Source: Candidatus Latescibacterota bacterium (GTDB lineage Bacteria; Krumholzibacteriota; Krumholzibacteriia; WVZY01; JAKEHA01). From it: a stretch of DNA of 64,000 nucleotides. The notes under the pieces are model-generated. The model worked only from the letters and a program-made list of their open reading frames with translations, made no database searches and was not told where the DNA came from. Both the position numbers and the translations under genes were made by a program. Below, piece by piece: positions 46,756-55,763 of the stretch. Position 1 is the first letter of the stretch; each line of letters opens with the position of its first letter. The stretch lies in assembly GCA_963707635.1 (NCBI GenBank), contig OY970173.1, positions 3,072,001-3,136,000 of the forward strand, in the 5' to 3' direction.

Positions 46756-48091
46756 CGAGGCCCGTCACGTCGACCAGCGTGGCCACGAACGGCGCCGACG
46801 ACGCGGCCGGGTCGGCGCCCAGACGCTTCATGACCAACGGCATCATCGATCCCGCCAGCGTCCCCCACAGCACCACACCCACCAGCGACGCCATGACCGT
46901 GAAGCCGATCAGGAACCAGTGCGTGCCATAGGTTCCGAACAGCCCTTCCCATGCGCTCACGCGCACGAACCCCACCGCCCCCAGGATGCTCCCGAGCGCC
47001 AGGCCCGACAGTATTTCGCGACGCATGACCCGCCACCAGTCCTTGAGCGTCACCTCTCCCACGGCCAGCGCGCGGATGATGAGGCTGGCGGCCTGGCTCC
47101 CGCTGTTCCCGCCGGAGGAAATGATGAGCGGAACGAAAAGTGCCAGCACTACCGCTTTCGAGATTTCCTCTTCGAAGTGACCCATGGCCGTCGCCGTCAG
47201 CATTTCGCCGAGGAAGAGAAGAACGAGCCAGCGCGCTCGCTTCTTGATCAGGGTCCAGAACGGCGTCTCCACGTACGGCTCATCGAGCGCCACCACACCG
47301 CCGATTTTCTGGATGTCTTCGGTGGCTTCCTGTTCGGCGACGTTGAGCACGTCGTCGATGGTCACGATGCCGAGCAGAACCCCGTTGGAGTCCGTTACCG
47401 GCAGCGACACGCGGCCGTATTCGCGGAAGGCGTCGACCGCTGCTTCCTGGTCGTCCATCACTTTGAGTGCGATGAATCGTCCGTCGAGAAGGGATTTGAT
47501 CTTCGTGCGCGGCTCGGCGAGCAAGACTTCGCGGATGCGGATGTCGTCCACGAGTCGCCCGCCCTTGTCGACCACGTAGAGCACGTTGATGGTCTCGCTG
47601 TCCTTGCCGAAGCGACGCACCTGACGGAGTGCTTCGGCGGCGGTCCAGTCTCCGCGCACCGCCACGTATTCCGTGGTCATGAGCCGCCCCACGCTCTTCT
47701 CCGGGTATCCCAGGAGCCGCACGGCAATGTCGTGCTCCCTCGGGTTGAGAAGCTTGAGGAGCCGCTGCACTGCTTCGCCCGGCAGCTCCTCGAAAAACGC
47801 GGTGCGGTCGTCCGGCGGCAGATCGTTGAGGAGGTTGGAGAGACGCTCCCGCTCGTTCGCGATCGCATCGATCAGCGCCTCGCGCTTGTCCTGCGGCAGG
47901 TGCTCGAAGACCGCGGTCGCTTGCTCGCGAGGCAGGACGCGAAAGAGCACCGCGTCGTCGTGGTCGGGGAGGGCGTGGATCAGCGAGGCAACGTCGCTCG
48001 GCTCCATGACCTCGAGCAGGCGGCGCAGCTCCATGAGCTTGCCGGCTCGGAGCATCTCATCGACTTCGGGCCGCAGCAGCTGATCCAGCAT
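46706..48091 (-). CDS. mgtE: Magnesium transporter MgtE
   Basis: MgtE_N, CBS pair, 'SSGGNSGSQ', 'DPAASSAPFVATLVDVTG'. Confidence 0.96.
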   Translation of the reverse strand: MLDQLLRPEVDEMLRAGKLMELRRLLEVMEPSDVASLIHALPDHDDAVLFRVLPREQATAVFEHLPQDKREALIDAIANERERLSNLLNDLPPDDRTAFFEELPGEAVQRLLKLLNPREHDIAVRLLGYPEKSVGRLMTTEYVAVRGDWTAAEALRQVRRFGKDSETINVLYVVDKGGRLVDDIRIREVLLAEPRTKIKSLLDGRFIALKVMDDQEAAVDAFREYGRVSLPVTDSNGVLLGIVTIDDVLNVAEQEATEDIQKIGGVVALDEPYVETPFWTLIKKRARWLVLLFLGEMLTATAMGHFEEEISKAVVLALFVPLIISSGGNSGSQAASLIIRALAVGEVTLKDWWRVMRREILSGLALGSILGAVGFVRVSAWEGLFGTYGTHWFLIGFTVMASLVGVVLWGTLAGSMMPLVMKRLGADPAASSAPFVATLVDVTGLVIYFSVAALILRGSLL

Positions 48092-48206
48092 CGAATATCC
48101 CGTTGCATTGATGAGGAGGATCGTTCCGAGACGCGCAGCGGAATCCTAGCCAGCCCGCGGCGCCCGGTCAAACATGAATGTTCCCGCGGGGGAGCCTGCA
48201 ATCGGG

Positions 48207-48235
48207 TTGCGCGCGGACACGCCACGCCGTAGAAT
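48207..48235 (+). promoter_or_regulatory. Sigma70 promoter TTGCGC-17-TAGAAT, 6 nt before the GTG start (leaderless)
   Basis: Read directly; no SD sequence before 48242. Confidence 0.6.
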
Positions 48236-48241
48236 GGGCTC

Positions 48242-48880
48242 GTGATCTTCCACCAGATCGACGCGGGCGGCGACCGGAACTTCGCCTACCTGATCGCGGA
48301 CGGGCCCGGCGGCGTCGCGGCCATTTTCGACCCGCCTCCGGACCCCCAGCGCTACGCGGACTTGATCGCCCGCGACCGCCTCACGGTCGCCTACGTCGTC
48401 ATCACCCACGGCCACAACGACCATTGCTGGGGGGCGGCGCCGGCGAAGAAGGCGTTCGGCGGGAAGCTCGTCGGACACGCGTCCATGCATCTCCCCCTCG
48501 ACCTAAAGGTGAACGAAGGCGATGTGCTGGCGCTCGGGGATCTGACACTTCAGATTCTTTACACGCCGGGCCACACCGACGACCACATCTGCGTCGTGTG
48601 CGGGCAGCACGCGATCACCGGCGACACGCTCTTTGTCGGCAAGGTGGGCGGTACGGATCTAGGCCCGGGCGCAAAGAAAGAATGGGACAGCCTGCAGAAA
48701 CTCATGCAGCTCCCCGACGAGACACAGGTCTGGCCGGGCCACAACTACGGGGTGGCCCCGACCTCCACCATCGGTCACGAAAAGAAAACCAACCCGTTCC
48801 TTCTCCAACCCACCTTCGACGCCTTCATCGACCTGAAGGCGAACTGGCTCGAGTACAAGAAAAAGCACGGGATCAAGTAG
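48242..48880 (+). CDS. MBL-fold hydrolase (glyoxalase II/persulfide dioxygenase-like)
   Basis: 'THGHNDH', 'TPGHT', 'TGDTLFVG', 'WPGHNYG', 'STIGHEKKTNPF'. Confidence 0.9.
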   Translation: MIFHQIDAGGDRNFAYLIADGPGGVAAIFDPPPDPQRYADLIARDRLTVAYVVITHGHNDHCWGAAPAKKAFGGKLVGHASMHLPLDLKVNEGDVLALGDLTLQILYTPGHTDDHICVVCGQHAITGDTLFVGKVGGTDLGPGAKKEWDSLQKLMQLPDETQVWPGHNYGVAPTSTIGHEKKTNPFLLQPTFDAFIDLKANWLEYKKKHGIK

Positions 48881-49020
48881 CGAGCGCCTCGAATCCCCTT
48901 GCCCTGAAGAGCGGCACCTCGCGCTCGCCCGGGAAAACTATTAGCCAAACGCGCAACGGCTCTGTTAAGCTAGCCCTCTTTATCGCCTTGCGCAGTTCAA
49001 CTCCTTCAAGGAAGGCCCCC

Positions 49021-49935
49021 ATGAATTGTGCTCCACGAGTTCCCATCTTTTGTGCCGCCGTTTCCCTTGCCGTGTTATTGGCAACACCAGTTTCAACACC
49101 CGCGGTCGCGGATTACTACAAGGCGTTGTGGCGGCAGGGCCCGTCGCTCGGCCCGACCTACGTATGCAACCACCACGATGCCTCCCCCCCGGGCACACCG
49201 TGCGGCTTTGATGACCATGCGAGCGATGGCACCAACAGTTTCCACCTCTGGAGCTACGCCGCCAGGACCGAGATACAGCCCAATCTATGGCATTCGATCG
49301 AGCTTCACGGCCAAGCGGTAACCTACTCCCAATACGTCGTCGAGATGGAATGGAGGGTGAACGCCGGCTGGCGCTGGGATGACGTCACGTTCACCTGCCA
49401 GGACGGGCGCACCCAGGTTAGTGTCGGTCTCCCCATCCATGTGAAAGGATACGCCTCAAATTTCACCGTGCTTAGTTCGATCGCTCCAAGGGGCCGCGCG
49501 TTACTTTACCTGGGCCACCCTCAATACTTGTATACCCAGGGCGTCTGGCACGCTGGCTCTAACAATGGTGGATCCGCCGTGCCCGAGGCGCCATCCACCG
49601 GCGTGTTCGCGGGGAGCACCGGCAATGCTCTCGACCAAACGGTCATGTTCAGGATCGGAGAGCCTCCTTCGGCAATGGTGCCAACCGGAACGCCAAGGCT
49701 CGTCGCCCCACAGTTCACGCTCGTATTCGATGTTCGAAATGAGAGGGTGGACGCCTACTTCGACCCGGCGTATGGCGGCGAGCTCTCGCTTCGACACAGC
49801 GGGCCCGTGTTCGACCTGCCGGCCGGTTGTACGTGCAATTCCCAGCAGATGGGAATCGTGAACAACCAGTGGATCGGCGATGTAATTGCAGTGCAGCCCC
49901 ATTCATGGGGGTATGTCAAGAGCCTGTACCGCTGA
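49021..49935 (+). CDS. Secreted hypothetical protein with C-terminal SWGxVKxLYR motif
   Basis: AGGAAGG RBS, signal peptide (..PAVA/D), 'GPVFDLPAGCTCNS', ends VQPHSWGYVKSLYR. Confidence 0.8.
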   Translation: MNCAPRVPIFCAAVSLAVLLATPVSTPAVADYYKALWRQGPSLGPTYVCNHHDASPPGTPCGFDDHASDGTNSFHLWSYAARTEIQPNLWHSIELHGQAVTYSQYVVEMEWRVNAGWRWDDVTFTCQDGRTQVSVGLPIHVKGYASNFTVLSSIAPRGRALLYLGHPQYLYTQGVWHAGSNNGGSAVPEAPSTGVFAGSTGNALDQTVMFRIGEPPSAMVPTGTPRLVAPQFTLVFDVRNERVDAYFDPAYGGELSLRHSGPVFDLPAGCTCNSQQMGIVNNQWIGDVIAVQPHSWGYVKSLYR

Positions 49936-49959
49936 GAACGTTACCCGTTCTCGTCAGCA

Positions 49960-49981
49960 AAGAAGCACGCGATCAAGTAGC
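49960..49981 (+). repeat. Displaced copy (20/22 nt identical) of the MBL-hydrolase 3' end at 48860-48881
   Basis: AAGAAGCACGCGATCAAGTAGC vs AAAAAGCACGGGATCAAGTAGC; reads KKHAIK* vs KKHGIK*. Confidence 0.75.
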
Positions 49982-50025
49982 AGCAGGCCCGGCGGTCCAT
50001 CGAGGATGGGCCGACCGGGCCTGCT
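49982..50025. terminator. Long GC-rich hairpin between convergent genes
   Basis: AGCAGGCCCGG-CGGTCCATC-GAG-GATGGGCCG-A-CCGGGCCTGCT. Confidence 0.6.
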
Positions 50026-50046
50026 TCGTCGTGGAGCGTCAGATTG

Positions 50047-50622
50047 CTACCGGTACAGCGACTTGATCCTCCCCCAGGTGCTCGGCTCGGTAGCCAGGGC
50101 GTGTCCGCAATCACAGGACGCATTCGCGTTCAGGATCACGCTCCGGGTCGAGGCCTCGCGCATGTTGAACTCGCAGTCGACGTCGATCGCCGACGCCCCC
50201 TCGACCCAGAGGCGCGCATCGGGGATGTCGGCCGGTTTCGACACTTGGATCTGGCAACAGTGCGCCGCCGGCACGCCGGAGTACTCCGCATAGCCCAGAT
50301 AAACGGGCGTCTGTCGGCACTCGCCATAGGCGATGCTCAAACCGAACGATCCGTTGGTGGCGCCGATGCTGAGCCATGGCTCGGCGAGCACGTCCCCCAG
50401 AAACGTCGCACCCGGCCAGCACGCCGGCGGATAGATCGCGAACTGCACCGCCGTGGAGAGCTGGTCACCGGTGTGGAACATGTGCACGCGCACCACCCCG
50501 GTGCCATCGCCGGGCACGATGCACGACGATTGTCCCGTATCCGCAAACAAGCCTAGCCCCGGACCCGCCGCCGCGGACACCGCGGTCAGGCACACCGCAA
50601 AAAGCATTAACAGAGCGCGCAT
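50047..50622 (-). CDS. Secreted Cys-rich protein (paralogue of 59053 and 59661) with TWGxIKxLYR motif
   Basis: GGGAGG RBS before ATG 50622; 'LFAD.G...C', 'CW.GAT..GD', 'PVY.G', 'CC', 'N.N.SCxC', ends EPSTWGRIKSLYR. Confidence 0.85.
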   Translation of the reverse strand: MRALLMLFAVCLTAVSAAAGPGLGLFADTGQSSCIVPGDGTGVVRVHMFHTGDQLSTAVQFAIYPPACWPGATFLGDVLAEPWLSIGATNGSFGLSIAYGECRQTPVYLGYAEYSGVPAAHCCQIQVSKPADIPDARLWVEGASAIDVDCEFNMREASTRSVILNANASCDCGHALATEPSTWGRIKSLYR

Positions 50623-50768
50623 GGCGCACCTCCCGAATTCTTTCATGCGGTCCAAAGGTGGGGCGACCCGTCACAAACGACGATCATGCCGATGCAGTCC
50701 CCGAGGATGTGAGGCTGAACGGAATATAGGCCCGTCCCGCCCCACTGGCAACAGGGGCAGCGCACGCG

Positions 50769-50784
50769 GGGCACACCGCTTGCA
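50769..50784 (+). promoter_or_regulatory. Candidate sigma54 element GGGCAC-ACCGC-TTGCA
   Basis: GG-N10-GC spacing, about 80 bp upstream of 50865. Confidence 0.45.
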
Positions 50785-50864
50785 CGATCACCAACCTGAA
50801 CACCGCCGCTTTTTTTTAAGCGGCTGTCCGATAACGAGTTGGTGTTCGGGGAGGTGAATCGCGT

Positions 50865-52511
50865 ATGGCCAGTTTCCTGCCGGGTGGACCGGCGACATCC
50901 GAACGGATCGACGACCTCGCATCCGAGCTGGTGCTCTCGCTGGAGCTTTCGCGGGGCGAGGGTTGCGATCTCGCCGCCACCGCGCAGGCCGCCGACCGGC
51001 TCGTCCACGCGTTTCACGGCGCCCTCGTGGCCGCGGAAGAAACCGAGCGCGCGGACTCGAGCGCGCGCGTCGACGACGTATGCCGCATGGTCGAACGCGC
51101 CTACGATCAGTGGAAGAGCGTCGACGACGCCTTCATGAACACCATTCGCCTCGCTTACGAGCACCAGGTCCCGCGCGCCAATCTCCAGCTGGACGACATC
51201 CACACCGTTCTCAAGCAGCGCGTCGGCGAGCCGATCGCCGAGGCGTACACCGAGCTGCGCGCGCGCTGGGTCTCGCACGTCGCCGCCCATCCCTGGGACA
51301 CGTTCATGAATCGCGCGCCCGACCACGCGGACCATGCCGCGCTCGACCGGGCGCTGAACGCGCTGGCGCGCGGCGACGACCTCGACGTCGAAGACGCGCT
51401 GGAGGCGGTGACGGGCCCGCTGCGCCATGCCTTCGCGGACCACGTCCGCGCGCACCCGGCCGACCTCGACGACCTGGAAATCGGCCTGTGGCGCCGGCCG
51501 GAAATGCTGGTGGCCGGCGACTACTGGGGTCACGCCAAGAGCCTCCGGCTGCTCGACGTGCTGGCCGACTCGACGTCCGAACGAACCAAGAAGGCCGCGA
51601 GCACGCTCGCCGACTTCTTCGCGCCGGGGCGGACCGCCGCGTCGATTGTGCGCGCGCTCCACGACGTGCACGAGTCGCAGCGGGATCGTTTCGCGCGCTG
51701 CCTGCTGCTCCACCCGGATTACGAGGTGCGCCGCTACGTCGCCACCAGCGCCGACATCAATTCGGTGTGGAAGGTCGTAACCCCGGAATCCGTCCCCTGC
51801 GCGACAATCCTGTCGCTGCTCGAGCGCCTGGTCGGTTCGAGCCGCTATACCACCGCGCAGCGGAAGATCTTCTTCGACTCGGTGTACCGGCGCCTGCTTT
51901 CGCTGACCAGCCGCTCCGACGTGCTCTACGCGCGCGGGATCGTGCGCATTTTCGTGAAGCTCAATTTCTTCCTGGAGGACGGCTATTTCCACAAGCTGTC
52001 CACGCTGCTCGATTACCTGGCCGCCAAGGAGAAGGCGCACGGCATCGACAACGCGCTCCTGACCAACTACATCGCCCGCGTGCGGGCGGAAAAGGAGCGC
52101 GTGGGTTCGGTGTCCGGCGAGGATCCCTCGTTCGACGGAGTCCCGCTGGTGGTGTTGAGGAAACTCGCGCGCGACGGGCACTTCTGGACCCTGCTGATCG
52201 CGCACCCGATCGCCAAGATCGCGCGCGAGACCGTGCCCCACGTCTCCACGCGCGATCGCGCGCTGCTCGCAGCGAACAACCACCGCGTCAACCCGGAAGT
52301 TCTCCGCGGCCTGGGTCGCAAGCGCGAGCTGTTCTCCACCCACCCGTCGCGGATGGCGCTGCTCGCCAACCCGCAGACGCCGATCGCGGTGTCGATGAAC
52401 TTCGTCTCCGACTTGACGCCCAGGGACGTCGAAGCGCTTCTCCGGCGCGCGACCGTGCACCCGGAACTTCGCAATCTCCTGCGCGCGCGCTACGACGCCA
52501 CCCGTCGCTGA
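50865..52511 (+). CDS. Hypothetical all-helical protein with C-terminal LRV/HEAT-like repeats
   Basis: GGGAGG RBS, typical codon usage, 'HPDYEVRRYVA', 'NPEVLRGL', 'RMALLANPQTP'. Confidence 0.65.
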   Translation: MASFLPGGPATSERIDDLASELVLSLELSRGEGCDLAATAQAADRLVHAFHGALVAAEETERADSSARVDDVCRMVERAYDQWKSVDDAFMNTIRLAYEHQVPRANLQLDDIHTVLKQRVGEPIAEAYTELRARWVSHVAAHPWDTFMNRAPDHADHAALDRALNALARGDDLDVEDALEAVTGPLRHAFADHVRAHPADLDDLEIGLWRRPEMLVAGDYWGHAKSLRLLDVLADSTSERTKKAASTLADFFAPGRTAASIVRALHDVHESQRDRFARCLLLHPDYEVRRYVATSADINSVWKVVTPESVPCATILSLLERLVGSSRYTTAQRKIFFDSVYRRLLSLTSRSDVLYARGIVRIFVKLNFFLEDGYFHKLSTLLDYLAAKEKAHGIDNALLTNYIARVRAEKERVGSVSGEDPSFDGVPLVVLRKLARDGHFWTLLIAHPIAKIARETVPHVSTRDRALLAANNHRVNPEVLRGLGRKRELFSTHPSRMALLANPQTPIAVSMNFVSDLTPRDVEALLRRATVHPELRNLLRARYDATRR

Positions 52512-52570
52512 TCCGCGCACCAGTTTTCACTTGCCCGCTCTGAACCGCTTCGCTACGGTCTCGCGCAGCC

Positions 52571-53926
52571 GTGACCGCCGCCGTTGAGCATAGTCTCGGA
52601 GCCACGCTGGCCGTCTGGTGGACGCTGCCGTTCGCCGGCATTCTGCTCTCGATCGCTCTCTTTCCCCTGTTCGCGCCGCGCTGGTGGCACCACCACTATC
52701 CGAAGGTGACGCTCGCGTGGGCGCTCGTGCTCGCGATCCCGTTCCTGATCGGGCACCGGGGCGAAGCCGCGCACGAGATCGCGCACGTGCTCCTGGCCGA
52801 CTACGTCCCCTTCATCGTTCTCCTGTGGGCGCTCTACACGGTTTCCTCCGGCATCCTGCTGACGGGCACCCTCAAGGGCGCTCCGGGGCAGAACGTGCTG
52901 ATCCTCGCGTCGGGCACACTCCTGGCCTCCTGGATCGGGACCACCGGCGCGTCGATGGTGCTGATTCGCCCGCTGCTGCGCGCGATCTCGTGGCGCAAAC
53001 ACCGCGCGCACACCGTCGTCTTCTTCATTTTCCTGGTAAGCAACGTCGGCGGTTCGCTCACTCCGCTGGGAGACCCTCCGCTGTTCCTGGGCTTTCTCCA
53101 TCACGTGCCGTTCTTCTGGACTCTCCACCTGGCCCCCGCGACGTTCTTCATCGCGGCCCCGCTCCTCTCGCTGTACTACTGGCTGGATCGCCGCTACTAC
53201 CGGCGGGAGGAAGCGAGGCGGCACGGCGCGGATGAGGTCATGGGCATCCGCGGGTGGCACAACTTCCTCTATCTGGGCGGCATCGTGGGCGCGGTGCTAT
53301 TGAGCGGCGTCTGGAGGGCCGGCGAGGTTCGCGTGCTCGGCGTCGACCTGAAGATCGAGGGGCTCGTGCGCGATGCGCTGATGATCGTTTTCGCCGTGCT
53401 GTCGCTGAAGACCACGAGCGCGGACGTGCACCGGGCGAACCAGTTTTCCTGGGGACCGATCCGGGAGGTGGCGATCCTGTTCGCGGGGATTTTCGTCACC
53501 ATCATCCCCGCGCTCGCGATCCTCAAGGCCGGGGAGCATGGCGCGTTGCGCCAATTGGTGGCGCTCGCCGACTCGTCGCGGAGCTACTTCTGGCTCACGG
53601 GCGGATTGTCGAGCTTCCTCGACAACGCCCCCACGTATCTCACGTTCTTCAACGCGGCGCTGGGCGACCTCCTGCCGAACGTCCCCGAAGCGGAGGCGGT
53701 TCCGCAGCTGATCGCGATGCACCACCATTATCTGCACGCGATCTCGTGCGGCGCGGTGTTCATGGGGGCCAACACCTACATCGGGAACGCGCCCAACTTC
53801 ATGGTCAAGAGCATCGCCGAAGAAGCCGGCGTCGAGATGCCGAGCTTCTTCGGCTACATGTTCCGGTATTCGATTCCGATCCTGATTCCGCTATTCTTGC
53901 TCGCGACGTTCGTTTTCTTCGACTAG
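52571..53926 (+). CDS. Putative Na+/H+ antiporter (IT superfamily)
   Basis: 'IGTTGASM', 'SNVGGSLTPLGDPPLFLGFL', 'LSSFLDNAPTY', 'GANTYIGNAPNFMV'. Confidence 0.88.
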   Translation: MTAAVEHSLGATLAVWWTLPFAGILLSIALFPLFAPRWWHHHYPKVTLAWALVLAIPFLIGHRGEAAHEIAHVLLADYVPFIVLLWALYTVSSGILLTGTLKGAPGQNVLILASGTLLASWIGTTGASMVLIRPLLRAISWRKHRAHTVVFFIFLVSNVGGSLTPLGDPPLFLGFLHHVPFFWTLHLAPATFFIAAPLLSLYYWLDRRYYRREEARRHGADEVMGIRGWHNFLYLGGIVGAVLLSGVWRAGEVRVLGVDLKIEGLVRDALMIVFAVLSLKTTSADVHRANQFSWGPIREVAILFAGIFVTIIPALAILKAGEHGALRQLVALADSSRSYFWLTGGLSSFLDNAPTYLTFFNAALGDLLPNVPEAEAVPQLIAMHHHYLHAISCGAVFMGANTYIGNAPNFMVKSIAEEAGVEMPSFFGYMFRYSIPILIPLFLLATFVFFD

Positions 53927-53949
53927 CCGCGGGCCCGGGAGGACACGCC

Positions 53950-54513
53950 ATGTCTCACTACGCCGAATTCGTGATCCACGGGGACGACCGGGAGGTCATC
54001 GCGTACCTGAAGGGTTTCGCCGCCGGCTCGGCGCTGGAGCGCAGCCTCCTGTTCGCGGCCGAGGCTGGTTTCCATATCCGCGCGCTGCGCGAGCGCATCA
54101 AGCACCACGGGGAGGTGACGCACGTGATCTGCGACCTGCCCCATCGCGACCGTCTCCGCGCCGCCATCCAGCAGGCCGCGCCGCGCTATGCGTTCGAGAT
54201 CAAGGAGGAACGGACGATCGAACGGGCGTACTTTCCGTTCTCGTTCGAGACGCCGAGCCGCAAGACGGCGGAGCAAATCAAGAGCGTGCTGGGCTCACTT
54301 CCGAAGGGCGTGAAGGCGTCCGACTATTCACCGCAGGAAGTGACCGACCCGAGCGCGCGCGGACCGGAGGTCTATTCTCCCACGCACGAGTACACGTTCC
54401 GCGGGCGCGGCGTGATCGAAGGCGACGTGCCGGGCGTGGTCGCGACGCGGCGCGCGCTCATGGAGATCGATTTCACGAAGTGCGACGAGATCGCGGTGCA
54501 CCACGCCGAGTGA
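53950..54513 (+). CDS. Hypothetical cytoplasmic protein co-transcribed with the antiporter
   Basis: GGAGGA RBS, ATG 53950, typical codon usage. Confidence 0.7.
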   Translation: MSHYAEFVIHGDDREVIAYLKGFAAGSALERSLLFAAEAGFHIRALRERIKHHGEVTHVICDLPHRDRLRAAIQQAAPRYAFEIKEERTIERAYFPFSFETPSRKTAEQIKSVLGSLPKGVKASDYSPQEVTDPSARGPEVYSPTHEYTFRGRGVIEGDVPGVVATRRALMEIDFTKCDEIAVHHAE

Positions 54514-54523
54514 AGAACCAGCA

Positions 54524-54619
54524 CAAGGTGGGATGCACTCCCTCTGACGCCGTCCTCCCGCGCACACGTTGATATGCGCGACTGCGGATTGGCGTTGCGA
54601 GGGAGTGCATCCCACCTTG
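54524..54619. repeat. 96-nt REPIN/MITE-like hairpin with perfect 21-bp terminal inverted repeats
   Basis: CAAGGTGGGATGCACTCCCTC (54524-54544) / GAGGGAGTGCATCCCACCTTG (54599-54619), with further inner pairing. Confidence 0.8.
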
Positions 54620-54625
54620 CTCGCT

Positions 54626-55642
54626 TCAGTGCTTCCCGCTTGGCGCGGCGCTCATGATCGTCTTCATGAGCTCGGGGTCGTCCGGGAGCAGGCCCGACGC
54701 GGGCAGTCGCCGCGTCACTTCGATCCATTTTGGATTCTTTGCGAACACATCCTTGAAGTAGGCGAGCGCCTCTTTTTCTTTCCCCGCGGTCACCATCGTG
54801 ATCGCCGCCCAGTACTTGACCTCGGGATTGCTCGGGAGCAGTTTCGCCGCCGTCCCGTAGGCCTCCATCGCGCCGGCCACGTCGTTTTTGGCCAGGCGTT
54901 CGTCGCCCACGTTCATCTGCTCGTACGCGCGGTGCACTTCGACCAGGCGGCGGATTTCCTTCACCGGCTCGGCGGCGTCCTCGACCCGAAGATCGACCTC
55001 GCGGTCCGCCCACGGCCGTCCCGTCGATTTGGCCGGCACGATCAGGATCGCCGCGCTCTGCTTGCCCCGGATGTCGCCGCCCTCGCGCTGCGCGGCTTCG
55101 AGCGCCGCCAGCAGCCGCTCGGCGAGGTCGCCCTTCGAGGCCTCGTACGCGCGCGCCATCGCGTCCCACACGGTGTTCTTGTCCATGAGATTCGCCTGCA
55201 CGGAGTACTGCGCGCCCGGGTGATGGCCGGCCTGCGCGATGCACTTCGCGCCGGTGTGGACGGCGATATTGCCGTGCGTGTCGACCATCGCCACCTGGCG
55301 GACGTCGCGCTGCGGGTCGGCCGCGAGGAGCGCGTCGAGCGCCTGCGTCGCGGTCTTGCCCGCGCGCATGAGGTCCAGGCCCAGCGGGCCGTAGGAGACC
55401 TCGGCCAGCGATTGCGTCGCCACCGCGCCGACACCGGCCTCGGCCCAGCTCACCACCGAGCCGACCGAAAACCAGTGGGACTGCACCGCGACGCCGAGTT
55501 CTCCGGTCACCGAGTCCCGCGCCACGATCGAGTAGGTGTGCACCGGCCGCGCCACCATCACGCCGCCCCGGTCGAGCGGCTCCGCGTGAACGGCCAGCGC
55601 GACGGTCAACAGCGAACTCGCGAGCAGCATCGAGCGCTTCAT
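54626..55642 (-). CDS. DUF1028 (Ntn-hydrolase-like) protein with signal peptide and C-terminal TPR
   Basis: 'HTYSIVARD...GELGVAVQS', 'GAVATQS', 'GGDIRGKQSAA', 'DLRVED'. Confidence 0.9.
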   Translation of the reverse strand: MKRSMLLASSLLTVALAVHAEPLDRGGVMVARPVHTYSIVARDSVTGELGVAVQSHWFSVGSVVSWAEAGVGAVATQSLAEVSYGPLGLDLMRAGKTATQALDALLAADPQRDVRQVAMVDTHGNIAVHTGAKCIAQAGHHPGAQYSVQANLMDKNTVWDAMARAYEASKGDLAERLLAALEAAQREGGDIRGKQSAAILIVPAKSTGRPWADREVDLRVEDAAEPVKEIRRLVEVHRAYEQMNVGDERLAKNDVAGAMEAYGTAAKLLPSNPEVKYWAAITMVTAGKEKEALAYFKDVFAKNPKWIEVTRRLPASGLLPDDPELMKTIMSAAPSGKH

Positions 55643-55763
55643 GGCAACTCCTTCCCGGCGGTTGACGCCGGACGCGAAAGGGCCTATTCTGTGGACTTCG
55701 ATCCCCCACGCTACCACAACCGCGCGAGCCCGCGAAGGGCGGCGCTTTCCAACGGATGCAACC

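Noticed and set aside
48178..49020. N-terminal 281 aa of the 585-aa ORF 48178-49935
   Set aside because: Out-of-frame shadow over the MBL hydrolase; the real start is ATG 49021 with RBS and signal peptide.
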